Assembly: GCA_963765205.1 (NCBI GenBank)
Contig: CAVXVB010000004.1
Span: 207,266 to 271,265 of the forward strand
Length of the DNA stretch: 64,000 nt
Source of the DNA: an uncultured Verrucomicrobiae bacterium
GTDB lineage: Bacteria; Verrucomicrobiota; Verrucomicrobiia; Opitutales; JABDGR01
Direction of reading: 5' to 3'
The notes beneath the pieces are model-generated. The model was given only the letters and a program-made list of their open reading frames with translations, ran no database searches and was not told the DNA's origin. The first letter of the stretch is position 1. Each line of letters starts with the position of its first letter. The position numbers and the translations under genes were made by a program. This document shows, in pieces, positions 20,005 through 29,785 of this stretch.

Positions 20005-20757
20005 CGTTTGCCGGGCGCGCATTTCGTGAATTTGGCTCGCCGAACGCAGTTTATACAGCCCGTCTAGCGTGGCGTTGACCATGGCCATCGGGTTGTTCGA
20101 GCCGAGCGACTTGGTGAGCACGTCCTTCACCCCGACGGCTTCGAGGACGGCGCGGACGCCGCCGCCGGCGATGACACCGGTGCCGGGGCTGGCCGGGCGG
20201 AGCAAAACTTTGCCGCCATCGGAAAGGCCGAGGACTTCGTGCGGAATGGTCGGACCGCGCAACTGGACGGAGCGAAAGCGCCGGTGGGCGCGTTCGGTGC
20301 CTTTCTTGATGGCGTCCGGCACTTCCTTGGCCTTGCCGAAGCCGAGGCCAATGCGGCCTTTGCCGTCCCCGGACACCACGAGCGCGGAAAAGCTGAAGCG
20401 GCGGCCGCCTTTGACGACTTTGGCGCAACGGTTGATGTCCACCACTTTGTCAATATATTCGGAGGCAGGCTCGGATTCGCGCGGGCCGCGATCACGGCGT
20501 CGTCCGCCTTGACCACCACCGCCGCCGCCACCTTGGCCCCCGCGTCCGCCACCACCGCCGCCATGGCCGCCACGGCCACCACCACCTTGACCGCCACGGC
20601 CGCCGCGACCGCCGCCGTGACCACCACGGCCACCTTGGCCGCCACTCTGGCCGCCTTGCTCAGTTGCGGTAGCAGCGGGGGTGGAGGCAGCGGGGACGGT
20701 TGCTTCCGGCACAGGGGCGGCGGAAACGGCGGGAATCTCGGGATTATCGGTGCTCAT
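19999..20757 (-). CDS. rpsE: 30S ribosomal protein S5 with Gly/Arg-rich N-terminal extension
   Basis: [28 protein letters not shown]. Confidence 0.97.
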   Translation of the reverse strand: MSTDNPEIPAVSAAPVPEATVPAASTPAATATEQGGQSGGQGGRGGHGGGRGGRGGQGGGGRGGHGGGGGGRGGQGGGGGGGQGGRRRDRGPRESEPASEYIDKVVDINRCAKVVKGGRRFSFSALVVSGDGKGRIGLGFGKAKEVPDAIKKGTERAHRRFRSVQLRGPTIPHEVLGLSDGGKVLLRPASPGTGVIAGGGVRAVLEAVGVKDVLTKSLGSNNPMAMVNATLDGLYKLRSASQIHEMRARQTN

Positions 20758-20793
20758 ACGGGTGGGAAGAGGGAGAAGGGAGGACGAGAAAAT

Positions 20794-21156
20794 TTAAAAT
20801 TTGAGGCCACCGGCGCGGGCGGCGTCGGCGAAGGTCTTAACGCAGCCGTGGTAGCGGCGGCCGCCACGGTCAAACACGACGGCGGTGACGCCGGCTTTTT
20901 GCGCGGCGAGGGCGAGACGCTCGCCGAGGACTTTGGCGCCGGCCAGGTTGGGCTTGAGCTTGGTGTCGCGCACGTCTTTGGCGAGGGAAGTGGCGCAGGC
21001 AAGGGTGCGGCCGGCGCGGTCGTCAATGACCTGGGAGTAAATGTGCTTTTGCGAAAAGCGCACGACGAGGCGGGGCCGTTCTGCGACGCCGCTGATTTTG
21101 TGGCGGATGCGCACGCGGCGCCGGGCGGCGAGTTCCTTGGATTTCTTTAGTTTCAT
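20794..21156 (-). CDS. rplR: 50S ribosomal protein L18
   Basis: RPRLVV, HIYSQVIDD, VVFDRGG..YHG. Confidence 0.96.
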   Translation of the reverse strand: MKLKKSKELAARRRVRIRHKISGVAERPRLVVRFSQKHIYSQVIDDRAGRTLACATSLAKDVRDTKLKPNLAGAKVLGERLALAAQKAGVTAVVFDRGGRRYHGCVKTFADAARAGGLKF

Positions 21157-21184
21157 CGGAAAAAATATAAGAGGGTGAGGCGGT

Positions 21185-21733
21185 CTAGGCCGTCTTCTTG
21201 CCTTCCTTGCGGCGGACAAATTGACCGGTGATGCGGACGCCTTTGCCTTTGTAGGGTTCGACGGGGTAGAAGTGGCGGATGTCGGCGGCGACCTGGCCCA
21301 CGAGGGCCTTGTCCGGCCCCTCGACTTTGATGGTGGGGTTTTTCTGTTGGTTCTCCCCGACAATGACCTTGATGCCGGCGGGAATGGCGTAATTGATGGG
21401 GTGCGAATACCCGAGCGCGAGGTCGAGGACAGCGCCTTTGAGGACGGCCTTGAAGCCGACACCTTGGATTTCGAGGTCTTTGGAGTAACCGGTAGTGACG
21501 CCGAAGACCATGTTGTTGATGACCGCGCGGGCGGTGCCGTAGTTGGCGTGGGCGGACCGGCTTTCGGCGCGCGGCTTGACCACGACGGACTTGCCGTCGG
21601 CGGTGATGGCGACAGTCGAGTCGAAGGTCTTCTCGACTTTGCCTTTGGGGCCTTCGACGAGGACGGTGTTGCCCTTCACGGACACTTTGACTTTGTCCGG
21701 AATGGTGACGGGAAGTTTGCCGATGCGGCTCAT
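21185..21733 (-). CDS. rplF: 50S ribosomal protein L6
   Basis: MSRIGKLP, LGYSHP, EPYKGKG. Confidence 0.98.
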   Translation of the reverse strand: MSRIGKLPVTIPDKVKVSVKGNTVLVEGPKGKVEKTFDSTVAITADGKSVVVKPRAESRSAHANYGTARAVINNMVFGVTTGYSKDLEIQGVGFKAVLKGAVLDLALGYSHPINYAIPAGIKVIVGENQQKNPTIKVEGPDKALVGQVAADIRHFYPVEPYKGKGVRITGQFVRRKEGKKTA

Positions 21734-21775
21734 GGCGAAAAAATTAAGGAGTTATGAATTAAGAAGCGAAATTGC

Positions 21776-22174
21776 CTACCAGACTTTGCAGAGGAGTTCG
21801 CCGCCGACTTTTTGTTTGCGGGCTTCGTTGTCCTTCATCAGGCCTTTCGAGGTGGTGAGGATGGCGACGCCGAGGCCGCCGAGGACGCGGGGGATTTCCT
21901 GGTGCCCGTAGTAGAGGCGGCGGCCGGGGCGGCTGTGGCGCTGGATGCCGGTGATGGCGGGCGCGCCGTCCACGTATTTAAGCGTCACGACGAGCTGGCG
22001 GTGGCCGTCACTGTCGGGTTTTTCCTCAAAGTTGGCGATGTAGCCTTCCTCCTTGAGGATGCGGGCGACTTCGGCGCGCAGACGGGACCATTGGGACGCG
22101 CAGGAGTCTTTCTGCGCGTGCAGGGCATTGCGCAGGATGGTGAGAAAATCACCGAGGGGATCGTGGCTGGACAT
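21776..22174 (-). CDS. rpsH: 30S ribosomal protein S8
   Basis: DPLGDFLT, SRPGRRLY, GGELLC. Confidence 0.97.
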   Translation of the reverse strand: MSSHDPLGDFLTILRNALHAQKDSCASQWSRLRAEVARILKEEGYIANFEEKPDSDGHRQLVVTLKYVDGAPAITGIQRHSRPGRRLYYGHQEIPRVLGGLGVAILTTSKGLMKDNEARKQKVGGELLCKVW

Positions 22175-22195
22175 GGTGCGGAAAGGGTTGCGGGG

Positions 22196-22501
22196 TTACC
22201 AAGAGGACTTGATGACGCCCGGGATTTTGCCGTTGAGCGCGAGTTCGCGGAAGGTGAGGCGGGAGACGCCGTAGCGGCGGATGTAGGCGCGGGCGCGGCC
22301 AGTGACGCTGCAGCGGTTGCGCACGCGCACGGGGGCGGAGTTGCGGGGCAACTCGGTGAGGGCGCGCTGAGCCTGGTAGAATTCCTGGTCCGTCGTCTTC
22401 GGGCTGGCGAGGATGGCTTTAAGCTCGGCGCGGCGGACCGCGTATTTTTTCACGAGGCGCTGCCGCTTGAGGTTGCGTTCGATGGAGGAGGTTTTGGCCA
22501 T
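22196..22501 (-). CDS. rpsN: 30S ribosomal protein S14, long zinc-free type
   Basis: 101 aa, LPRNSAP, RCSVTGR, single Cys. Confidence 0.97.
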   Translation of the reverse strand: MAKTSSIERNLKRQRLVKKYAVRRAELKAILASPKTTDQEFYQAQRALTELPRNSAPVRVRNRCSVTGRARAYIRRYGVSRLTFRELALNGKIPGVIKSSW

Positions 22502-22506
22502 GGAAA

Positions 22507-22579
22507 GGAATTATGAATTAAGAAGTGGAGAAGGCAGAATGAGAAATTCAGCAATCAGCATTCAGAAATTAGGAATTAG
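22507..22579. repeat. Mixed heptamer arrays (gaattaw; ttcagca)
   Basis: gaattat-gaattaa and ttcagca-atcagca-ttcagaa-attagga. Confidence 0.7.
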
Positions 22580-23210
22580 GCGGGGACTGGGGCGGGGGCG
22601 GCGGGGGAGAGGTTTCAGCGACGGGGGCGGTAGGCGCGTTCGGATCGGGCTTTTTGACGGTGGGGGCCGAGGCGGTGCGGAAAGGCATGCCGAGGAGGCG
22701 GAGCAGTTCGCGACCGTCATCGTCGGTGCGGGCGGTGGTGACGATGGCGATGTCGAGGCCGATGTTTTTGCGGCCCGGGTCCACGGTGATTTCCGGGAAG
22801 ATGGTGTGATCGGCGATGCCGAGGTTGTAGCTGCCGCGCCCGTCGAATTTCCGGCCCACGCCGCGGAAGTCGCGGATGTTGGGGAGGGTGACGGAGAGGA
22901 GGCGCAGGAGGAAGTCCCACATTTTTGGGCCGCGGAGGGTGACCATGACGGCGGAGGGCATGCCTTCGCGCACCTTGAAGTTGGCGACGGAGGCGCGGGC
23001 GCGGGTGATCACAGGCTTTTGGCCGGAGATGATCGTGATGTCCTTGACGACTTCCGTGACCCAGTTCTTGTCGGCCTCGGAATCAATGCGCGAGTTGAGT
23101 ACGATCTTGTTGATCGTGGGCACCTGGTGCGGGTTTTTGAAGCCGCGGGCCTTGGCCATCTCGGGGACGACCTTTTCCAGGTAAAATTGTTTGAGGGTGG
23201 GGACGGTCAT
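22569..23210 (-). CDS. rplE: 50S ribosomal protein L5 with Pro-rich tail
   Basis: ISGQKP, FKVREG, FDGRGSY, IFPEI, LGMPF. Confidence 0.96.
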   Translation of the reverse strand: MTVPTLKQFYLEKVVPEMAKARGFKNPHQVPTINKIVLNSRIDSEADKNWVTEVVKDITIISGQKPVITRARASVANFKVREGMPSAVMVTLRGPKMWDFLLRLLSVTLPNIRDFRGVGRKFDGRGSYNLGIADHTIFPEITVDPGRKNIGLDIAIVTTARTDDDGRELLRLLGMPFRTASAPTVKKPDPNAPTAPVAETSPPPPPPQSPPNS

Positions 23211-23220
23211 GGCGCGAAAG

Positions 23221-23363
23221 GGAATGCGGAGTGATGAATGCGGAATTGTTCGACGGTTAAATTGTTGAATGGCTGGATTGTTTTGGCGGGTGACGAGAAT
23301 CGCGGAGGTGAACCGAAAGGGATTGGTTTTTAGCAATAGAGCAATTCAGCAATAGAGCAATAA
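23221..23363. repeat. Heptamer array (gcggaat) plus inverted octamer arrays (attgttga / agcaatag)
   Basis: 7-mers at 23221-23247; 8-mer arms at 23245-23284 and 23331-23363. Confidence 0.75.
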
Positions 23364-23369
23364 CGGGTG

Positions 23370-23639
23370 TTACTTTTTGGCGGCGGCTTCGCGTTTTTGC
23401 TTTTTTGCGTCAAAGCGGCTGCCGAGCATGACGTTCGAGCGGTGGATGGGGGCTTCGCGCTGGATGATGCCGCCCGGCTCTTTTTCGGAGCGGGCCTTGG
23501 TGTGGCGCTTGATGATGGCCACGCCTTCGACCAGGATGCGGTCGCGCTCGCGGAAAATTTGCAGCACCTTGCCGCGCTTGCCTTTGTGGGCGCCGCTGAT
23601 GACGACGACTTCGTCGCTGCGTTTTATGAGATGAGGCAT
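23370..23639 (-). CDS. rplX: 50S ribosomal protein L24 (short form)
   Basis: KOW motif DEVVVISGAHKGKRG, EAPIHRSNV. Confidence 0.95.
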   Translation of the reverse strand: MPHLIKRSDEVVVISGAHKGKRGKVLQIFRERDRILVEGVAIIKRHTKARSEKEPGGIIQREAPIHRSNVMLGSRFDAKKQKREAAAKK

Positions 23640-23641
23640 GG

Positions 23642-24007
23642 CTAGAGGACCTCCGGGGCGAGGGAGATGATTTTCATGAAATTCTTGGCGCGCAATTCGC
23701 GAGCGACGGGGCCAAAGATGCGCGTGCCTTTCGGGTTGCCCGTGGTGTCGAGGATGACGCAGGCGTTGGTGTCGAAGCGCAGGTAGCTGCCGTCCGCGCG
23801 GCGGATGGCTTGCTTGGTGCGCACAATGACGGCCTGGGCGACGGTGCCTTTTTTGACCTGGGCGTCGGGCGTGCTGTCCTTGACCGCGACGACGATGATG
23901 TCGCCGATGTGGGCAAAGCGGGTGAGCTGCCCGAGGCGGCGGATCATCATGACGTGCTTGGCGCCGGTGTTGTCGGCGACTTCAAGACGGGATTGCATTT
24001 GAACCAT
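23642..24007 (-). CDS. rplN: 50S ribosomal protein L14
   Basis: [27 protein letters not shown]. Confidence 0.98.
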   Translation of the reverse strand: MVQMQSRLEVADNTGAKHVMMIRRLGQLTRFAHIGDIIVVAVKDSTPDAQVKKGTVAQAVIVRTKQAIRRADGSYLRFDTNACVILDTTGNPKGTRIFGPVARELRAKNFMKIISLAPEVL

Positions 24008-24063
24008 GGTAGTTGGCCTCCGGGCGGGGAAAGGGATGGGAGTGGGCTGGGAAAGAACGGGGA

Positions 24064-24351
24064 TTAGACGGCCGCGGCGGTGGGCGCGGCTTCGATGACG
24101 CGGATGACGCGCCAGCGTTTGAGCTTGCTGATCGGACGCGTCTCCATGAGTTCGACTTTGTCGCCAAGTTTGCAGACGTTGGTCTCGTCGTGGGCGTGGA
24201 GCACCGTCTTGCGCTTGATTTCCTTTTGATAGATCGGGTGCGGGATTTTGTAGAAATACGTCACCTTGATCGTCTTGTCGCCGGAGCGGCTGGTGACAAG
24301 GCCGGTAATGTGTTTGCGCGTGGCGCGGGCGGTGGGAAGTTCGACGGACAT
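24064..24351 (-). CDS. rpsQ: 30S ribosomal protein S17
   Basis: [20 protein letters not shown]. Confidence 0.97.
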   Translation of the reverse strand: MSVELPTARATRKHITGLVTSRSGDKTIKVTYFYKIPHPIYQKEIKRKTVLHAHDETNVCKLGDKVELMETRPISKLKRWRVIRVIEAAPTAAAV

Positions 24352-24399
24352 GGGAGGGAAGGGGAAAATGGTAAATTACGAATTAAACGCGGAGCGCGC

Positions 24400-24621
24400 T
24401 TATTTGCTGGTGGCGGCGGTGGGCACGGCGGCGGCGAGTTCGCGCTGGCGCTTCAGGGTCTGGAGGCGGGCAATGTCGCGGCGGATCGAGCGGAAGCGGG
24501 AGGGGTTTTCCACCTGACCGCTGGATTGCTTGAGGCGCAGCCCAACCAACTCGTCGCGCTGCTCGACCAACTTGCGGTCGAGCTCGACAGGGGGGAGTTC
24601 CTTGAATTCTTTGGAGAGCAT
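24400..24621 (-). CDS. rpmC: 50S ribosomal protein L29
   Basis: GQVENP, RRDIARLQT; operon position. Confidence 0.93.
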   Translation of the reverse strand: MLSKEFKELPPVELDRKLVEQRDELVGLRLKQSSGQVENPSRFRSIRRDIARLQTLKRQRELAAAVPTAATSK

Positions 24622-24629
24622 GGTGGAAG

Positions 24630-24738
24630 CGGAATGAAAGATGGAAGATGGAAAAAAAGCGGCTAGTGGAAGATGAGTTTGGCGGGGAGGAAGTGGGTTT
24701 GATTCTACCTTCTACCTCCTTCCTTCTCTATTCTAGTT
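24630..24738. repeat. Inverted degenerate heptamer arrays (atggaag / ttctacc)
   Basis: atgaaag-atggaag-atggaaa and ttctacc-ttctacc-tccttcc. Confidence 0.65.
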
Positions 24739-24740
24739 TG

Positions 24741-25169
24741 CTAGAATTTCTCCAGCGCTTCGCGACTGATGAAGCGGCAGTGGAAGCCGAGTTTGGCGTC
24801 GGCGAGGGCCAGCGCCTCGCGCGCGGCGGAGGCGTTGACGCCACCGATTTCAAAGAGGATCGCGCCGGGCTTGATCACGGCGACGTAGAACTCGACGCCG
24901 CCTTTGCCGCGGCCCATGCGGGTTTCCGCGGGCTTTTTGGTGACGGGCTTGTGCGGGAACACGCGCATCCAGACTTTGCCGCGGCGGTTGAGGTGGCGGG
25001 TGATGGCCACGCGGGCGGCCTCGAGTTCGGCCGCGTGGAGCGCGCCGCGTTCGAGGGACTGGATGGCAAAGTCGCCGAAGGCCAGGCGGTTACCGCGCTT
25101 GGCGACGCCGCGAATGCGGCCTTTCATCACCTTGCGGTATTTCTGGGAAGCGGGTTGAATGTTGGCCAT
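24741..25169 (-). CDS. rplP: 50S ribosomal protein L16
   Basis: LEAARVA, RVFPHKPVTKKPAETRMGRGKG. Confidence 0.98.
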   Translation of the reverse strand: MANIQPASQKYRKVMKGRIRGVAKRGNRLAFGDFAIQSLERGALHAAELEAARVAITRHLNRRGKVWMRVFPHKPVTKKPAETRMGRGKGGVEFYVAVIKPGAILFEIGGVNASAAREALALADAKLGFHCRFISREALEKF

Positions 25170-25178
25170 GACGGGGGA

Positions 25179-25320
25179 AAATTAAGAATTAAAAAGTAAG
25201 AATTAAGAAGGAGTCGGAGAAAAATGGCGGTCGTAGAGGCCAAAAACGGATGGCTGGGTGAAATGAGAGGAGGGTGCGTGGTTTTATTTTTTAATTTTTC
25301 CTTCTTAATTCTTAATTTCG
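25179..25320. repeat. Inverted heptamer-array element (gaattaa / ttaattc)
   Basis: Left aaattaa-gaattaa-aaagtaa-gaattaa; right ttaattt...ttaattc-ttaattt. Confidence 0.85.
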
Positions 25321-25321
25321 C

Positions 25322-25954
25322 TTACAGCCCTTCCTCATCCTTGCGGCAGATCCAGACTTTGATGCCGATTTTGCCCGCGACGGTGTTGGCTTCGACGAAG
25401 CCGTAGTCAATGTTCGCGCGGAGCGTGTGGAGGGGGACGCGGCCGGTGCGGACAAGCTCGACGCGGGCGATTTCCGCGCCGCCGAGGCGGCCGGCGCAAC
25501 GCACGCGGATGCCTTCGGCTCCGAGCGCCATCGCGCTTTGGACGGCTTTTTTCATCGCGCGGCGGAAGGAGATGCGGCGTTCGAGCTGGAGCGCGATTTG
25601 TTCGGCGACGATGTAGGCTACGACGTCGGGCTTCTTGACTTCGTGGATGTCGAGCAGCACGTCTTTACCGGTGAGCTTGGCGAGGTCGGCCTTGATTTGT
25701 TCGAGCTGACGGCCTTTCTGGCCGATGACCATGCCGGGGCGGGCGGTGTAGATTTTGACGCGGACGCGGTTGCTGGCGCGCTCAATGAAGATGCGGGGCA
25801 CGGAGGCGTAGCGGAGCTTGTCCATCAGGTGCTCGCGGATGCGGTAATCCTCGTGGACGAGGAGGGGCAGCTCCTTCTTGTTGGCATACCAGCGGGACTC
25901 CCAGTTGCGACGAACAGAGAGGCGGAAGCCGATCGGATTGGTTTTTTGTCCCAT
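25322..25954 (-). CDS. rpsC: 30S ribosomal protein S3
   Basis: MGQKTNPIGFR, GRLGGAEIAR, PLHTLRANIDY. Confidence 0.98.
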   Translation of the reverse strand: MGQKTNPIGFRLSVRRNWESRWYANKKELPLLVHEDYRIREHLMDKLRYASVPRIFIERASNRVRVKIYTARPGMVIGQKGRQLEQIKADLAKLTGKDVLLDIHEVKKPDVVAYIVAEQIALQLERRISFRRAMKKAVQSAMALGAEGIRVRCAGRLGGAEIARVELVRTGRVPLHTLRANIDYGFVEANTVAGKIGIKVWICRKDEEGL

Positions 25955-25975
25955 GATGATGAAATGGCTGGCCGG

Positions 25976-26329
25976 TTACTCGGCGGCGGGGGTGGCGTTG
26001 TTGTCGGAAAGGATGATGCGGATGTGCGAGGTGTGCTTGTGAATGGGGTGGCCCGATCCTCGGGAAGCCGGGCGCATGCGCTTGAGGACGGAGCCTTGCT
26101 CGGTGAGGGCGCGCTTGACGACGAGGTTGGCCGAGGAAAGGCGGTGGTTGTTCTCCGCGTTGGCCACGGCGCTGACGAGCGTCTTGCGCACGAGGCGGGC
26201 CGTCTTGCGCGGGATGAACCGCAGCAGGTCGAGCGCTTCGGTGGCGGTCTTGCCTTGGATCACGCGCGTGATTTGCCGCAGCTTTTTAGGCGAGATGCGG
26301 ACGTATTTGGTGAGGGCTTGAACTTCCAT
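25976..26329 (-). CDS. rplV: 50S ribosomal protein L22
   Basis: RISPKKLR, SAVANAENN, HTSHI. Confidence 0.97.
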   Translation of the reverse strand: MEVQALTKYVRISPKKLRQITRVIQGKTATEALDLLRFIPRKTARLVRKTLVSAVANAENNHRLSSANLVVKRALTEQGSVLKRMRPASRGSGHPIHKHTSHIRIILSDNNATPAAE

Positions 26330-26364
26330 GGCCGGAAATGGTGGAAAAAGTGGAGGAGAGCGGG

Positions 26365-26787
26365 TTATTGGGGCGACATCGAGGAGAGGCGGACTTCATC
26401 ACCCGGAACTACGATAATGTTCTCGCGATTGGTAATGAGGGCGGCGCAACGGGTATCCTCCGTGGCGACGACGACGAGTTGCGCGACCGTGGCGCCTTTG
26501 CGCTGGATGACGCAATCCACGCCGTTGCGGAAGCCTTGGTAGAGGCCGCCGTCGAGCAGAACCACATCGGCCTGGCCTTCGGTGATGTGGGCAATGTGCG
26601 CGCGGCCGGAAGGTTCGAGGGATTCGTCCACCCAGTCGGGATGATTGGGGTTGTGGGTGGGGCGGTAGGCGTCGGCGGGAAGCAGCGGCGGGCGCACGGG
26701 GGCAACCGACTGCGCCTGCGCCCAGCCGCCCGCGGCCAGCACAAGGGCGGCGGCGGTGAAAAGCACGGATGGGCGGAGGGTCGGCAT
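26365..26787 (-). CDS. Secreted hypothetical protein inserted in the S10 operon (FlgT C-terminal-like beta domain)
   Basis: Signal peptide ending AQA; VLLDGG..QGF..G...GDEV pattern; fills the rpsS-rplV gap exactly. Confidence 0.75.
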   Translation of the reverse strand: MPTLRPSVLFTAAALVLAAGGWAQAQSVAPVRPPLLPADAYRPTHNPNHPDWVDESLEPSGRAHIAHITEGQADVVLLDGGLYQGFRNGVDCVIQRKGATVAQLVVVATEDTRCAALITNRENIIVVPGDEVRLSSMSPQ

Positions 26788-26804
26788 GGTAAAATAAAAA
26801 AGAC

Positions 26805-27080
26805 TTAGACCTTTTTCTGGGTGTGGGGGTTGTGGCCCTTGAAGATGCGGGTCGGGGCGAATTCGCCGAGTTTGTGGCCAACCATGTTTTCCGTGACATA
26901 CACGGGGATGAAGGCGTGGCCGTTGTGGACGTTGAAGTTCAAGCCGATGAAGTCCGGCGTGATGGTCGAACGGCGCGACCAGGTTTGGATCGGCTTGCGC
27001 GAAGCTTCCTTCTGCGCAACGTCTATTTTGTCCTGCAAGGACGGTTCGACGAAGTAACCCTTTTTTACGGAGCGGCCCAT
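26805..27080 (-). CDS. rpsS: 30S ribosomal protein S19
   Basis: [21 protein letters not shown]. Confidence 0.98.
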   Translation of the reverse strand: MGRSVKKGYFVEPSLQDKIDVAQKEASRKPIQTWSRRSTITPDFIGLNFNVHNGHAFIPVYVTENMVGHKLGEFAPTRIFKGHNPHTQKKV

Positions 27081-27112
27081 GGTGAATGAAAGTTGGTGGT
27101 GGGGAAAAAGGT

Positions 27113-27973
27113 TTAGACCGGCTTGACCTTGCGGCCGTTGCGGCGGGTGAGAATGAAGGCGTTCGAGGGCTTGCTCTTGACGCGAGTCGGATAGCCTTTG
27201 GCGAGCTGGCCCCACGGTGAGACGGGATGCTGCCAGCCGCCGCCACCTTTACTCTTTCCCTGGCCGCCGCCCATTGGGTGATCCACGGGATTCATGGACA
27301 TGCCGCGCTGGCGGGGGCGCTTGCCGAGCCAGCGATTGCGCCCGGCCTTGCCGAGGCTGCGGTTCTGGTGGTCGAGGTTGCCCACGACGCCGACCGTGGC
27401 GCGACAATTGGCGTGGACCCGGCGGATTTCACCGCTGGGAAGCTTGATCGTGGCGCTGTCGCCTTCGATGGCCATCAACTGCGCGCCGGCGCCGGCGCCG
27501 CGCGCGATCTGCGCCCCACGACCGGGGAGCATCTCGATATTGTGAATGAAAGTGGCGGGCGGCAGGTGGCGCAGCGGCAGCGCGAGGCCGACGGGATACT
27601 CGGTGACGATCTTGTCGGTGGAAATGATTTTGTCGCCGACTTTGAGGCCGTTGGGGGCGAGGATGTAGCGCTTGGCGCCGTCGGCATAGGCGAGGAGAGC
27701 GAGGCGGGCCGAACGGTTGGGGTCGTATTCGAGGGCTTGGACGGTGGCGGGAATGTCCTTTTTGTCGCGCTTGAAATCAATGATGCGGTAGAGGCGCTTG
27801 TGCCCGCCGCCGCGGCGGCGCGAAGTGATGCGACCGTAGCAGTTGCGGCCCTGGGCGCGGTGGTTGGCCACGAGCAGGGTGTTCTCCGGGTCTTTTTTCG
27901 ACAGATCCTCGCGCGTGTTCTCAATGAGAAAGCGCTGGCCGGGAGTGAGGGGGCGGCGTTGTTTGAGGGCCAT
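27113..27973 (-). CDS. rplB: 50S ribosomal protein L2
   Basis: [28 protein letters not shown]. Confidence 0.98.
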   Translation of the reverse strand: MALKQRRPLTPGQRFLIENTREDLSKKDPENTLLVANHRAQGRNCYGRITSRRRGGGHKRLYRIIDFKRDKKDIPATVQALEYDPNRSARLALLAYADGAKRYILAPNGLKVGDKIISTDKIVTEYPVGLALPLRHLPPATFIHNIEMLPGRGAQIARGAGAGAQLMAIEGDSATIKLPSGEIRRVHANCRATVGVVGNLDHQNRSLGKAGRNRWLGKRPRQRGMSMNPVDHPMGGGQGKSKGGGGWQHPVSPWGQLAKGYPTRVKSKPSNAFILTRRNGRKVKPV

Positions 27974-27994
27974 GGGAGGGAGGAAGGAAAGTGG

Positions 27995-28015
27995 GAAATT
28001 ACGAATTACGAAACG
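27995..28015. repeat. Solo heptamer array (gaattac) upstream of rplB
   Basis: aaattac-gaattac-gaaac. Confidence 0.6.
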
Positions 28016-28028
28016 CAGCGGAAGCAGC

Positions 28029-28319
28029 TTACATGACTTCGATTTTCTGGCCTTCGGCGAGGGTGACGATGGCGACTTTGCGGCGGTTGGTGCGCCCGGC
28101 GTGGCCGCCGAACATGCGGCCGCTCTTGCGCTTGCCGGGATGATTCAGGATGTTCACGCGCGCGACCTTGGTCTTGTATTTCGCGGTGACGGCGCGACGC
28201 ACTTCGATGCGGTTGGCCGAGACGGCCACGTCGAACACATACTTGTTCAAGTGGGCGTTGAGCGCCGAGGCCTTTTCCGTGATGCGGTAGCCTTTCAAAA
28301 CGTGGTAGGGTTCTTTCAT
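28029..28319 (-). CDS. rplW: 50S ribosomal protein L23
   Basis: ITEKA, YVFDV, KVAIVTL; start at MKEPY. Confidence 0.95.
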   Translation of the reverse strand: MKEPYHVLKGYRITEKASALNAHLNKYVFDVAVSANRIEVRRAVTAKYKTKVARVNILNHPGKRKSGRMFGGHAGRTNRRKVAIVTLAEGQKIEVM

Positions 28320-28325
28320 GAGCGC

Positions 28326-28465
28326 GAAATTTTTAAATGATGAATTACGAAACGAGAGAGCGGGGATGAGCAGTGGGTAATAGGGCGAAACAAGAGCAAA
28401 AGTGAAAATGGAAAACTGTGTGGCTTTGGTTTTGTAATTAGTAATTCGTAATTTGAATTTCCAAT
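28326..28465. repeat. Inverted heptamer-array element (gaattac / gtaattc)
   Basis: Left aaatgat-gaattac-gaaac; right gtaatta-gtaattc-gtaattt-gaatttc. Confidence 0.8.
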
Positions 28466-29089
28466 TTAGCCATTGGCCCGCGCCAGAATCTTTTGGAAGC
28501 CTTGCTCGCTGATCAGCACGCATTCGTGGCTGACGAGGTCGAGGGCGTTGAGGGAGGCGGCGTCCACCATGGCCACCCGGGCGAGGTTGCGGGCGGCCAA
28601 TTGCGCGTTCTTCTCGAAGGTTTCGTCCACCAAAAGAATTTTGCCGGCGGGGTGGATGCGGGTGAGGACCTGGTTGATAACTTTCGTCTTGGGCTGGGCG
28701 GGGGTAATTTTCTCGATGAGGTTGAGGCCACCTTCACTGGCTTTGTCGAACAGGGCGCGCTGGAAGGCGAGCTGGCGGACTTTCTGGTTGATCGTGAGGG
28801 ACCAGTCACGCGGACGTGGGCCGAACACGACGGCGCCTTTGACCCAGATGGGGCTGCGGCGCGAGCCGTGGCGGGCGTTGCCGGTGCCTTTTTGACGCCA
28901 GGGCTTCTTGCCCGTGCCTTTGACTTCGCCAAAATTCTTGGTCTTGGACGTGCCTTGGCGGGCGTTCGCCTGGTAGGCGACGAGGGTTTCCTTGAGCGCC
29001 TGGAGGCCTTTCTTGCCTTCAAACTCGCGCAGGGCAAAGTCCTTTTCCTGGGCATTCGCGCCGTCGGGGCTGTAAACTTTGAGCTTCAT
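28466..29089 (-). CDS. rplD: 50S ribosomal protein L4
   Basis: KKPWRQKGTGNARHGS, FGPRPR. Confidence 0.98.
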   Translation of the reverse strand: MKLKVYSPDGANAQEKDFALREFEGKKGLQALKETLVAYQANARQGTSKTKNFGEVKGTGKKPWRQKGTGNARHGSRRSPIWVKGAVVFGPRPRDWSLTINQKVRQLAFQRALFDKASEGGLNLIEKITPAQPKTKVINQVLTRIHPAGKILLVDETFEKNAQLAARNLARVAMVDAASLNALDLVSHECVLISEQGFQKILARANG

Positions 29090-29128
29090 GGTCGTAAATT
29101 GGGTTGGGGGTGGGCGCGAGCCGGAGGG

Positions 29129-29785
29129 TTATTTCTTGGCCGGGGTCGTGGGTTGGCCTTTTTTAGCCTGGCGGACGACGACGAAGTCGCCAGTTGCTCC
29201 GGGCACGCTGCCTTTGATGAGCAGCAAGTTCTTGTCCTCGATGACTTTAACGATAGTCATATTCTGGGACGTGCGGCGATCCTGGCCCATGTGGCCGGGC
29301 ATCCGCTTGCCTTTGAAAACGTGGCCAGGAGTCTGGCGCATGCCGATGGAGCCGGGGCGGCGGTGCATCATGTGACCGTGGGAGTCCGGCTGGCCGTCCA
29401 TATTGTGGCGTTTCATAACGCCTTGAAAACCGCGGCCCTTGGTGGTGCCGATAATATCCACCAACGCACCCTCTGCGAACCTGTTGACTGTCAATACATC
29501 ACCAACTTTGAACTCGGCTCCGTCCGAGGTGCGAAATTCGCCCAATTGTGTGACGGGTTGGGCAAGACCGGCCTTTTTGAGATGGCCCAACTCCGGGGCG
29601 GTCATCCGGCGTTCTTTTTGCACCCAAAATCCAATCTGGACGGCGCTATAGCCATCATTATCAACGGTTTTAACTTGCGTGACCGGGCAGGGGCCGGCTT
29701 GGACAACCGTGACGGGAACCAAGCGGTTCTCGCTGTCGTAAATCTGGGTCATGCCCACCTTTTTGCCGAGGAGGATTAAGTTCAT
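29129..29785 (-). CDS. rplC: 50S ribosomal protein L3
   Basis: GKKVGMTQ, KGRGFQG, KGKRMPGHMG, KGSVPG. Confidence 0.98.
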   Translation of the reverse strand: MNLILLGKKVGMTQIYDSENRLVPVTVVQAGPCPVTQVKTVDNDGYSAVQIGFWVQKERRMTAPELGHLKKAGLAQPVTQLGEFRTSDGAEFKVGDVLTVNRFAEGALVDIIGTTKGRGFQGVMKRHNMDGQPDSHGHMMHRRPGSIGMRQTPGHVFKGKRMPGHMGQDRRTSQNMTIVKVIEDKNLLLIKGSVPGATGDFVVVRQAKKGQPTTPAKK

